Shown one piece after another: positions 12,597-23,600 of a stretch of 64,000 nt of DNA. Every line of letters begins with the position of its first letter. Position 1 is the stretch's first letter. The stretch is from the NCBI RefSeq assembly GCF_009914755.1, contig NC_060926.1, one strand, 5' to 3'. The notes below the pieces were generated by a model. That model did no database searches and had not been told where the DNA came from. It saw nothing but the letters and a program-made list of their open reading frames with translations. This DNA is from the human T2T-CHM13v2.0 reference genome, Homo sapiens. A program made the position numbers and the translations under genes.

Positions 12597-13372
12597 TGTA
12601 CTGAGTTATGTCCCCCAAAAATACATGTTCCACCTTCAACTGTGTACCTGTGAATGTGACCTTATTTGGAAATAGGGTCTTTGTGGATGTCATCAAGTTA
12701 AGATGAGGTTATACCAGAACAGGGTGGGCCCTATTCCAATGACTGGTATCCTTATAAGAAGAGGGAAGTATGGGGCTGGGCGTGGTGGCTCATGCCTATA
12801 ATCCCAGCACTTTGGGAGGCCGAGGTGAGTGGATCACGAGGTCAGGAGTTCAAGACCAGCCCGGCCAAGATGGTGAAACCCCGTCTCTTCTAAAAATACA
12901 AAAATTAGCTGGGCGTGGTGGTGGGCACCTGTAATCCCAGCTACTCGGGAGGCTGAGGCAGAGAATTGCTCGAACCCAGGAGGCGGAGCTTGCAGTGAGC
13001 CGAGAACATGCCACTGCACTCCAGCCTGGGCAACAGAGTGAGACTCCGTCTCAAAAAAATAAAAAATAAAAATAAGAGGGAAGTGTGGACACAGAGACAG
13101 AGACACTCAGGAGGTGTTGATACCACGTGATGACAGAGGCAGAAATTGGAGTGATGGAGCTGCCAGACAAGGAATGCCAAGGATTCCTGGCAGCCCCCAG
13201 ACACCAGGAAGAGGCAGGAAAGGATCCTCCCCTAGAGCCTTCAGAGGGAGGTGGCCCTGCAGACACCTTGATTTCAGACTTCTGTCACCTGGAACTGTGG
13301 GAGCGTAAATTTCCGTTGCTTTGAGCTACCCCTTTGTGGTACTTTGTTACAACATCCAAGGAAACGAATACA
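12597..13372 (+). mobile_element. MaLR solo LTR (MLT1B/C-like) interrupted by an Alu
   Basis: TG...CA ends, GAATGTGACCTTATTTGGAAATAGGGTCTTTG motif, TSD GTCAT/GTCAC at 12592-12596 and 13373-13377. Confidence 0.92.
12774..13075 (+). mobile_element. Alu (AluS-like) nested in MLT1
   Basis: Alu consensus; TSD AAGAGGGAAGT on both sides. Confidence 0.96.
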
Positions 13373-13616
13373 GTCACATAGTACATTGGTCTTTCTTCCC
13401 AGTTTTGTGTCATCTATCAATTTCATTAATTTGACAGGTTTCCATGCATTTCCCATGGATGTCTGTGGGTTGGTCAACTCTGGAAGCCATTCTCCTGACA
13501 GGCTGGGACCCACGGGAACTGGTCTGTTGTGGCCACCCAGAAAATTAGCATTGAGAGCCATAGCTTTGCCTGCTGCTCTCTACTAAGAAAATGAAGCTTC
13601 TCACGTTTCTTGTCAG

Positions 13617-13666
13617 TTACTCATCCTACCCTCCTGGGAATGACACCTAAAGGCTGTGATTGCACC
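13617..13666 (+). pseudogene. Possible fossil exon I
   Basis: tttcttgtcag| ... |gtgagg; phase 1 to 0, bridging exons H and J (LTHPTLLGMTPKGCDCT); no recognisable motif. Confidence 0.25.
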
Positions 13667-14029
13667 GTGAGGTGACAATGTTGCTTTCCTATGTTCCCAC
13701 TCTGAATGGCATTTGCAGAAGTCCCGGGAATGGGGAAGAACACTCTAAACTGCATGATGGAGAAGAAACTTGTTTCTTTACAAAGCATGGTATTTGACAC
13801 AAAACGCTGTATCTGTACAATGATGCCTTATGAAGTTTACAAAATCAGGGCATCAATATTCTTCAAGCAATAGAATTACATCAAATATGTTATATATTAT
13901 ACAGTCACTACACAGGCAGAACAGAGCAGCTAGGCTGAGATCCAAGCACAAGAAGGACAGACTCTATCTTCTCATTTGGAAAGTGTCATGAAATTTCATT
14001 GTCTCCAGTTTGTATTACTAATATGTAAT

Positions 14030-14250
14030 TTAGTGTTAAAATGTGTTCCATGAAAACGCAGTCCTACCAGACATTCTTTAAAACACAGTTTGTGGTCAGA
14101 TGAGCTTCGGAAACAGCGCATATTATATTCTCCTCCTGGAGATTCGTAATTCACATTGTAGTATTAAAAACTAAAAGAAAAAAAAGCTGCTGTAAATAAA
14201 CCTACTTAAGTTGTGTTTAATCAGTGATTTATACGCCTGCTTGAGCACCG
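14030..14250. mobile_element. Old hAT-Charlie-type fragment (related piece at about 36450-36570)
   Basis: Shared degenerate motifs GGTCA.AT...TT.GGAAA.A..GC, GGAGATT, TGTA..TAAA...CTACTT; family not certain. Confidence 0.45.
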
Positions 14251-14369
14251 GGCTCTTGGTTACTCACTACCTATCGCCGGCCTATGGAATTACTGCTCTG
14301 AAGGATATTCCTTGGGAAAGGCTGTGGTCCAATTTTCTCAAGGATTAGGACCATTTTCTTTGTTTCCAG

Positions 14370-14427
14370 ATTCCTCCCTTTGCTAGGGCAGCCCGGTTGC
14401 AGGTGGCCCTGGTCACTGTGGGGCCAC
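14370..14427 (+). pseudogene. Fossil exon J, start of C2-like domain (3' end 14427 or 14429)
   Basis: ttttctttgtttccag|; open frame IPPFARAARLQVALVTVGP. Confidence 0.4.
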
Positions 14428-14710
14428 GTGTGAGGGTGCCGGGCAACGCTCCTTTGTAACTTTGTCGAAAGTTCATACAAACAGTCTAACTGAACCAGAG
14501 GTCAATGATAATTCCATTAAAAGAATCCTATCAGCAGTAATGCTTTTTAAAAGGGGAAACATGATACACAGTTCAAGTTGATAGTAAAATCCAGAAAGTT
14601 TGAATTCCTTTTGCAAAATAATTCAATCAGCATTATCCGTGAACTTTCACCAAGGTGGCTAAACAGGAATGAATACAGCCTGAGAGCCCCGCCTGCCTTG
14701 CCCCCACCAG

Positions 14711-14878
14711 CTGACATCACCATGGATGGAAAGTCTCACCTGTGCTTTGTCAGCAGAGCCCTGCAACTTTCTTCTCTCATCCTCTTCTATCCACTCAGAC
14801 TCAGCCCAGTACAGAGCTGATGCCTGTTCAGATGAAAGCATTTGCTGGGTTTTAGCATTGTTCCTGCCTTCTCCACTG
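14711..14878 (+). pseudogene. Fossil exon K, C2-like
   Basis: ccccaccag| ... |gtgggt; pieces DITMDGKSHLCFVSRALQLSSLILFYPLRLSPVQ / ELMPVQMKAFAGF / SIVPAFST. Confidence 0.55.
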
Positions 14879-15269
14879 GTGGGTGTGTATGTGGCAGGGC
14901 AGGGGGTGGCTGGGGGGAAGCCCACCTTGCTGGTTAGTCGTGTGGGCTGTGTGTGTGTGCCCACATCTGCAGTGTGCTGGTGAGGGCAATGTCAGGACTG
15001 ACCAGAGTCAGATACACACAGGAGCTTTCAAAAGCAGGAAGCGCCAAAGCGTGAACTGGGATCCAAGGAAAGAAGCTGAGGAAGGGATGAATGGGCAGTA
15101 GGAATCTGGGAAGCTACCGATGGGATATGGCTGGTGGAATCTGCAGGGAAGGCTGTGAGTTATGGATAGTGATCCCCACCTTGGAGTCTGAGCTCACTTC
15201 TCATGTTCTGTGGGACTCTCCTATCCTTAGATATCCCTAGGACATCACTCAAAACACATCGATATGTCA

Positions 15270-15950
15270 GATGGTGACAGGTGTTTGCAAAGACCTGGAG
15301 AAATCGGAACCCTCATACACTGCTGGAGGGAATAGAAAATGGTGCAGCCACTTTGAAAAACAGTCTGGAAGTTCCTCAAATGATTAAACACAGAATTACT
15401 ATGTGACCCATTCATTCCACTCCTGGGTGTTATATCCAAGAGAAATGAAAACAGATCTACACAAAAACTTGTATATAAATGTTATGACAGCATTATTCAT
15501 AATGGACATAAAGTATAAAAAACCCAAATGTCTACACCTGATGAATAGATACATAAAGCACGTTATATCCATTCAATGGGATACTATTCAGCCATAAAAA
15601 GGGATAAAGTACTGATAAATCTACCGTATGAATGAACCTTGCAAGCATTATGCTAAGTGAAAGAAGCCAGTCACTAAAGACTGCATATTCCATGATTCCA
15701 TTTATATGCAATGTCCAGAATAGGCAAATCTCCAGAGAAAGAGGTTAGTGGTTGCTTAAGAGGGGTAAGGTGTTGATAATTGAAGGGTTCAGGATTTCTT
15801 TTTGAGGTGTTGAAAGTGCTCTAAATTAATGGTGGTGATGATGAAACTTATCTGCAAATATGCCAAAAACCCATTGAACTGTACACTTTAAAAGTGTATT
15901 GGGTGAATTGTAGGGTATGCATATGAATCTCAATAAAGCTGCTTTTAAGA
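15270..15950 (+). mobile_element. L1 3' end (L1MB-like)
   Basis: GGAACCCTCATACACTGCTGG, TATGCTAAGTGAAAGAAGCCAGTCAC, terminal CTCAATAAAGCTG. Confidence 0.9.
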
Positions 15951-16202
15951 ATAAACAAAACAAACACACACACAACTACAGCATCTCCTCTAAGGGCCAA
16001 AGTGTGTTAGGCCCAGTAGCCCAAAGATGAGAAGTCCAAGGGGCTATTGAGACCCCAACACTTAAAGGAATCCAAGTCTGTGCTGTAAGGAAAATATCTA
16101 ATTGCAAACTTTAGTAATATTTATTTGCTCTAAAAGAGTAAAAAAATATATATATGCACAAAAGAAAGGCAAGGGTATTATTTTGAACTCCTGTGCTTTC
16201 AG

Positions 16203-16277
16203 CAGGATTTAAGGGTAACCTCGTGATGGGCAGGAAAACAAGTGAAACAGGACAACAAATGCACCCTGAAGCCTAGG
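16203..16277 (+). pseudogene. Fossil exon L, C2-like
   Basis: gtgctttcag| ... |gtatgg; pieces AGFKGNLVMGRK / QVKQDNKCTLKPR (one frameshift near the A4 run), ends phase 0. Confidence 0.55.
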
Positions 16278-17317
16278 GTATGGAGTGGACACTGGGCTCT
16301 GACCCCTGCACTGGGACCCTTGGCACAGAGCAGCTGCTGGGCACCCCCAGGCTGGGGCTTGGCTTTAGTGAGTGAGGATGGAGTGGATGCCTCTCCTGCC
16401 ATGCTCTGACCTTGAGGGTTGTGTGAGTGGTGACGGGGAACCTGCTGAGGATCAGTTCCCCAGCCTTTTGGTTCCTGCTACTGTAGGTGAGGATGAGGAC
16501 TGGCAGGGACAAGGACTGCTGGTAGCTGGGCTTCCCTCTCCAAGTGCCCAGCAAAGCTATGCCCTTGGGGCAGCCCATCTCCAAGTTAGGAGGTCCCCCC
16601 TTTCTATAAAGACCCAGCACTGTCCCCAGCCTTCCCAACATGTCACCTTCTGTCTCTGCCTTCGATGCCTGTGCCATTCCTTCCCACCCCTCCCTGCCAT
16701 CTTTTCATGTGACCAAGCATGTTTTTTCTCCTCTCCAAGAACTGAAGGCTCCTTGAGGTAGGGGCCACGTGTCTCTCACTTTTGAGGCTTCCCCCGAGCA
16801 GGCGGTGCAGGGTAGAGAGTGGAGCATGTGCTTGCCACCACCCATGGTGAACACTTGCAGGGGATGGTAATTATTTCTATTTGCCCCCTTTTAAACTATA
16901 TTTTGTGTTGTTTTGCCAATCTAATCCTTAATTTAAAAAAAATATCCAGACATTGAATACATTTGAAGGCATGGACAGCTCCCGCTCTGTCTATACTGAA
17001 AATACGTCTCCCTTACTCTCCTTCCACCAAATGTTAGCTCTTGTATTTCTTGCTTCGTTGAGTTTCATGTTAGTTTGTTTGTTTGTTTGTTTATTTGTGT
17101 TTCTGGCCAATTTTCTGTCATCTCAAATTCCAAATTATTGGTATAGCTAATGAAGCCATGATGTACTATTCTTTGAGGACAAAGATGTCACCAATGACTG
17201 ACCGCCAGTAGGACATGCACTGTGGAGTGGCTTCTCTGACTGGAAGGATGTATCTAATATTTCTACTGAGTTATTGATACATATAGTTCATCAGGTAGGA
17301 AGGTGTCAGAATAGAGG

Positions 17318-17860
17318 GACGGATGGATATGTGGATAGATGGATGGATGGATAGATAGGTGAAAGGATGGATGGATAGATGGATGGATGGATGGATGGAT
17401 GAATGAATGTGTAAGTATTATAGATAAGTGGGTGGGTAGATGGATGGATGGGTGGATAGTGGATATGCGTATGGATGGATGGTTAGATGAGTGAATGAAT
17501 GAATGAATGGATAGATGGGTGGGTGGACAAGTGAATGTGTGGGTAAATGGATGAGTGGGTGGGTAGATGGGTGAATGGATGGGTGAATAGGTGGATGGAT
17601 GAGTGGTGGATAGGATGGATGGATGCATGGATGGATGGATAAATGGGTGGATGGATAGGTGGATGGATAAGTGATGGATAGGATGGATGGATGAATAGGT
17701 GGGTGGATAGGTGGATGGATGAATGGTGGATCGGATGGAAGGATGGATGGATGTATGGATGGATGGATGGATGAGTAAATGCATGGATGTGTGGATGAGT
17801 GGGGGGTAGATGGACAGATGGGTAAGTGGATAGGAGGAAGGATGGGTTGGTAGATGAACA
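17318..17860 (+). repeat. Degenerate (TGGA)n array, about 540 bp
   Basis: Direct reading: GGAT/GAAT/GGGT units. Confidence 0.97.
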
Positions 17861-17954
17861 GTTGGGCAGAGAGAAATTCTTAGAGCTGGAAAGGACATTA
17901 GCCCAAATGACCCCTTTCCCAGGGAAGTCACATTGTCTAGTAACAATTGTATGG

Positions 17955-18170
17955 ACACTGGGGTGTGACTGCCTTGGTTTAAGCCCCAGCTGTGTTGCTG
18001 CTCTGCTGTGGCTCTTGGGTAAAGGACTTACTGTCTTTGATAATTCATTTCCTTATCTGTAAAATAACACAATGACAGTATTCACCCCTGAGCTTCCTGC
18101 AGGAACATCAGGAGGTAATTAGCACAGTGTCTGATTTATTAATAAGTGCCCAAGGTGATAGCTGTTTTCC
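17955..18170 (+). mobile_element. MIR
   Basis: Core TTTCCTTATCTGTAAAAT and AGCACAGTGTCTG. Confidence 0.7.
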
Positions 18171-18424
18171 TTTTTTATAATTGTTATTTACAATTGAATG
18201 AGGAATTGTCCAGAGAAGTTTGGGGGAATTACCTGAGTCCTGCACAGTGAGATCATGAGAAATGAGGTCTCTCTGGTTCTCAAGAAGTGCCTTCCATTAT
18301 AAAATGGTGTCTCTCTGGGTCAAGACTATTCAATGGCCAGGAACCAAGGAAAACAAACAGAGATGCAAGTGTCTAAGCACTATGATAATAAGGGTGTACC
18401 CACATATCTCAGGTCTACAGTAAG

Positions 18425-18661
18425 TTTCTTCATTTGTTCAGCAAATATTTCTTGAGTGCTACCATGTCCTCAGGGCTACCACATGCCCAGTACTGATCTA
18501 GATGCTGGGGGAAAAAATGAAACCATAAAAAAACTCTTTCTTCATGGAGCTTATATTCCAGTGGGGTTGGAAGGATGGAAAACAAAATAAATAAAAACCA
18601 AAATGTTGAATTGTGCTAAATGCTAAGAAGAACAGAGCAAGTAAGAAGGAAGTAGGTCAGT

Positions 18662-18700
<39 letters not shown>

Positions 18701-18950
18701 GGGAAGGCTGTAATTTTAGACATAGTGGCCATGGAAGGGGAAGTGACAGAGGGAGCCATGGGAAGATGTACAGGAAGAGCATTCCAGGCAAATGGAACAG
18801 CAAACGCAGGTGACCGGAGTGTGGAGAGAAAGCAGAAGCCAGTGTGGCTGGAGAGAAGTGGGAAAGGATGGAGCAGTGACCGAGGGAGGAGGTGATCATC
18901 TTTGGAAGGATTTTGGCAAGGCAGGAAGCCACTGGGGGTCTTTAGATTTT
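18425..18950 (-). mobile_element. L2 3' fragment containing (TG)n at 18660-18699
   Basis: TCATTTGTTCAGCAAATATTTCTTGAGTGCTAC L2 tail; CTTCATGGAGCTTATATTCCAGTGG. Confidence 0.75.
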
Positions 18951-19057
18951 AGCAGGAGACTTGAGCTCTTTTGTTATTGTAGCAGTATTTTAATCTTTCA
19001 TTGGGTGTATTACCATTCTTTCCTTTTTCCCTTCTTTATAAAATTACTTTGAGACAG

Positions 19058-19189
19058 GCCTGGTATTTGAAAACCAAAGATAGAAAAAGGGACCTGGCTC
19101 GGGTCACACTCATCTTTGAGGAAGACATCCAACCCATCTCCTTTGATTACACCCGGAATCACCAATCCGGGTACTCCCCCCGGACCTGA
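19058..19189 (+). pseudogene. Fossil terminal exon M
   Basis: Pyrimidine tract, gagacag| phase 0; uninterrupted AWYLKTKDRKRDLARVTLIFEEDIQPISFDYTRNHQSGYSPRT then TGA. Confidence 0.65.
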
Positions 19190-19669
19190 CCCACATCTCA
19201 CCTCCCGCTGGACCGTGCTGCAGGAAGTGCTATCTGAGGCCTCTCCTCCTTCTCAGGAAGGCCTGAGAGCTCCCCTGGGGAGGCTCCTCTGAGTGCCTGG
19301 AGAGGTGAGGGAGACCAGCAGGTGAGGGGAGGGACGGCTTTGCAGGGCTGGCAGGCTCCTGGTGCTCTCAAGCACTGGGGGCTTGCTGGGGAGGTGGATT
19401 AGGCCTAGGGGCAGCCTGGCCCCACTATGGCCCCATAGGGCACTCACTCCTAAGGCACCTTCTCTTCAGGTACTCACCAGGAAATTCTAACTTCAGGGAT
19501 TTAATGTTTCCCTCCAGAACTGTAATTCCTTTTTTTAAACTAACCCTGCTTTTCAGTGTGGAAGCGTGGAGGAAGCTGCAGGGCCTCCACGTTGCTTCAG
19601 CACCAGGGCTGGAGCAGGAAAGCCCACCCCACTCAGGGCCATGAGGTTGCTGTGGCGGGGCCTTTTTCT

Positions 19670-20020
19670 CCAAGTGATTTTATATTGTGTGTTTCCTTGC
19701 CTCTCAACACATGGAAATGGTGGGTTAAGTTCTACATCCATTGTGTTTCTGTCTATTTCCTCTTGATATTTGAACAGGATTCGCTTGGTATAATTCAGGG
19801 CTATATCACAAAGCAATGAAGGTTCATGGCTATGATGTCTTTGTCTTGGATTGTGTATTTAATTCCTATAAAATGACCAAGTCATGCTTTAAATGCAATG
19901 ATAGTGCCGTCCCTCCTTTCATTTTGCCTAAATGACTGATATATGCTTTTGCTTTTTCACTTTTCCAAGTCATTTTGTTTAATGAGTCTCTTGAAGGCAA
20001 CATTTCATCGGATTTACTGT
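19670..20020 (-). mobile_element. Old L1 ORF2 endonuclease-region fragment
   Basis: Minus translation QEEIDRNTMDVELNPPFPCVERQ resembles the L1 ORF2 GDFNTPLS segment. Confidence 0.55.
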
Positions 20021-20328
20021 GCAACCAAATATCTGTTCTGAGACGCCTTCCTAAGATGCAGAGGTGAGGCGAGCCTGAGCTGCTAACAGCATTTATGACA
20101 CTGCAGTGCAGTCTTTAAGTAATGATGTAAGTTTTCAATTCCCCTCTTCCCCTGGACCCCCCACCCTGTCTGACCTCTCAAGGGAGCTTCATACATAGTT
20201 TCATGGACTGTTGGTAGAGATTATATTAGGGGCTAATTCTACACTCCTCTTGAATTTTCATTGAAATAGACTCTGGAGAAACACACCTCCAGGACATTCC
20301 ATATCTGCTGAGAATGCAATCATTTTGA

Positions 20329-20639
<311 letters not shown>

Positions 20640-23600
20640 AATAGTAATATTTTAAGGGTAAGAAAAATCAGTATCTTATAGAGTATCAATGTGCTTCCAT
20701 GGACTGGTCTTGTACCTGCGGGTATCAGCCATTGCATTCGAGCAAGTGCTCCAGCCAGGAAGCTCCAACAGAAGCCTGCCCTTCCATGTGAAGATCTGTA
20801 AACCACTGGGAAATGAGATATCACCAGCCTATGGGAAATACACAAGACCCACTCCAGCAGGGAGAAACTCCATTACATCTCAGCCCATGTGACTGACTCA
20901 GAAGGCTGTGGAAGCAAATATGTACTCACATGCTCCAGCGTGAACTCAGCTCAAGAAACAAAGTGACCTTGGTTGTGCTTTGGGCATAGGTGGAGAAAAG
21001 ATGGAAGAATAAGACAGCAGGAGGCTGACCCAGAAGAGCAGGTTCTGGGGAACTCTAGAGCAAGATGTGTCTCCTCTGGTTTAGCAGAGAACAAATATGA
21101 AGAGTAGGAATTCCCTGTAGGAGTCCCTGTAAGAAGAGCAGAAATGGCACATTATCTTCACTGCTTCTCACCACTAATTACATAAATCTAGAAGCTACTG
21201 TAAATGGCTACTTTTAAAAATACACTATTTTCGAAAAAGCTTGGCTGTGATGTAGGGCCTATAGCCCCAAAGGTTAACAGTATAGCAAACAAATTAGAAA
21301 GCAAGAACCCAGAAACAGAAGAAGAAAACGTATTCCTCAGAATGGACAATACATTGAGAATAGGCATTGCATTTGTTTCTGAGCATCCCAAAAAAACAGA
21401 GAGAAAAATGAGGCAAAAAGTTATATGACATGGTTTCCATTTTCAGAAAATAGGAAGTATTTCAGTTCCTCAGGGTTGACTCAATTGTCTCTGGAAATGA
21501 ATTATTAAAACCAGAATTCCACTGCAGGACGATGGATAACATAATGAGAAAAGGCCTAAACAGTGTTTTTACAACAGATCTAAGAGCTATTTTCTTATGA
21601 CAATTTCTTGCAATGAACCAAAGGCCAGGCATTGGCATGAAAGTGTAACTCAATAAATTAGATCCTGGATTAGGTTAAATTTCTGTCGTCCGAGTATGCA
21701 GCCTCTGATATCTTAATGCGATCCAGAGATTAATCTGAGGGAAGCAAGAGAGACACAGGGCAGCTGTGTCCACGGCTCAACGTCACTTCTTTTAGTTGGG
21801 ACCTGTTTGGAGCTCCCTGGAAAGGCCTGAGGTCTGCAGTTCCTCACTGCTGACGGAGCACAGCTGGTGTACTAGGAAATCCAGGGGTGGGCTGGCAGGA
21901 CCCACCAGCTCTTTCCAACACTGAGAAGTCCGTAGAGTGCTGTCCCAAGGGGAGGCTGCCTTCCTCGTCCTGGGGAGGGCTGTCACAGGCAAAATCCAAG
22001 AGTCTCTTCAGGAAGTATCTTTGGAACTCGTCTGACTTTAAATCTTGTTCTTAGTGAGACCCCAGAGTTCCACACTTTATGGAGTCCAGCAGAGACAATT
22101 AGCACCTGGAACATCTAGAGTGTAAGTGTTACCAATTGTTGTCACTGGAGACCTAGGAAGATTCCGGAGATAGCTTCTCTTACGTGTCTTGGAGCAGCTA
22201 AGGATGTGGAGGCTCTCACCAGGACAACCGAGCTTAACACATCAACTAGCTCATGAACTTACAGAGTGGCGACCCATGAGTTGTGGAGATTGTCTGCAAA
22301 AACAATGGTTTTAGGTCTGACATAATTCAGCTTGATTCATTCTTCCTGGCTGTGGTCAGATCTTTTGAGATCACTCCTAGTTCATGATAATAAAACTGTG
22401 TCATTAGCAGAAAAGAAGAGATTTATCTTCATTCTTACTATATCAGGGGACACACACGCAGTTCTTTAAAACTCTGTTAGACTATTAAGATACAAGTTCA
22501 TGGGTAAGGATAGGAGGAGAAAATCCAGCTGCAACCTGGCATCACTGTCTGTTGGGCACCATTTCTGTCTCTTCTCATTTATGTCATGGTTTGAAAAAGG
22601 AGATCATGCCAAAGCCTGCAGAGCTGAGGAATTGTATAATTGCTTTGTTGGGCTGTACACCTTTGGCTTTTAATATGCCTCAGATTCCTAAGTTACAACC
22701 CTTTGATTTTCTTAGCTATTGGTACTGAAAGAACACCATGCTACTGAATTCACTCTCAGGGCTGTCAAAAAGAACTCTGAATGAAAATAATCAAAATTCA
22801 TCCTGCAAATACAAAAATGCTTCGTGAAAATCACCAACACATCCCATTCACGAATGCTTCTGCTTGTCAGCTGTACTTCATTAGCTGTAGACATTTCTTA
22901 AGCGCTTCATTTTGACCACAAATATGAAGTTGCTGACCATTGACTGTTCTCTTGGAGAGAATTACTGTGTGCGGTTGCTGAGTCAGCGCACAGACCCCCA
23001 CAACAGACACCTTGGCCAAGAGACAAAAGAGAGGGGCTGCGTGCATTTATCAGTGCTTTAATAAGGCCTGCAGATTCTTCTTTCTTTGCCAAAAAGCGGA
23101 AAACAAAACAAAACATGGTTAGAGATGCAAAGGAAAATTGCTTCATTCAGAAAAAACAAAGCACAATAGTTTCTAGGGAGATACAGAGAGATGCAGCTTG
23201 TTGCATTTTTGAGGTTATTCCCTTTAAATGTATTATTTTGGTGTTTGCCCCAGATTTCCACTCATCACTGAACTTTGGCTAATTGCTCTGAAGGCTAAGA
23301 ATAAACACAACATTCACACAAGCCTGGGGTGGGGTGGACAGCCACTCAGTGTCCCTGCCATGGGTTTCTGAACACACATTCATGACTTCCCCCCTTCCTC
23401 ACCCTCAGGTACCCCATGTCTCCTGGAAGATGTTCCTTAGTGCTGAGCTTCTGCAATGGAATTTAGCCTCCAAGCCACAGTTGCTATTTCTCTTCTAGCT
23501 AAAAACTTCTATTCATCAACCTGGGTGGTCTTTACAATATTAATAGCCGTAAGAATGTGAATTATTTACAGAATTTGTAGACATTATCACCAAAGGAGTA

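Noticed and set aside
17263-17958. 231-aa His/Pro/Ser/Ile-rich ORF
   Set aside because: Translation of the (TCCA)n strand of the microsatellite.
21204-21428. 74-aa ATG-initiated ORF MATFKNTLF
   Set aside because: No recognisable homology, weak Kozak context (T at -3), no promoter evidence; A-rich bias explains the K/E/N content.
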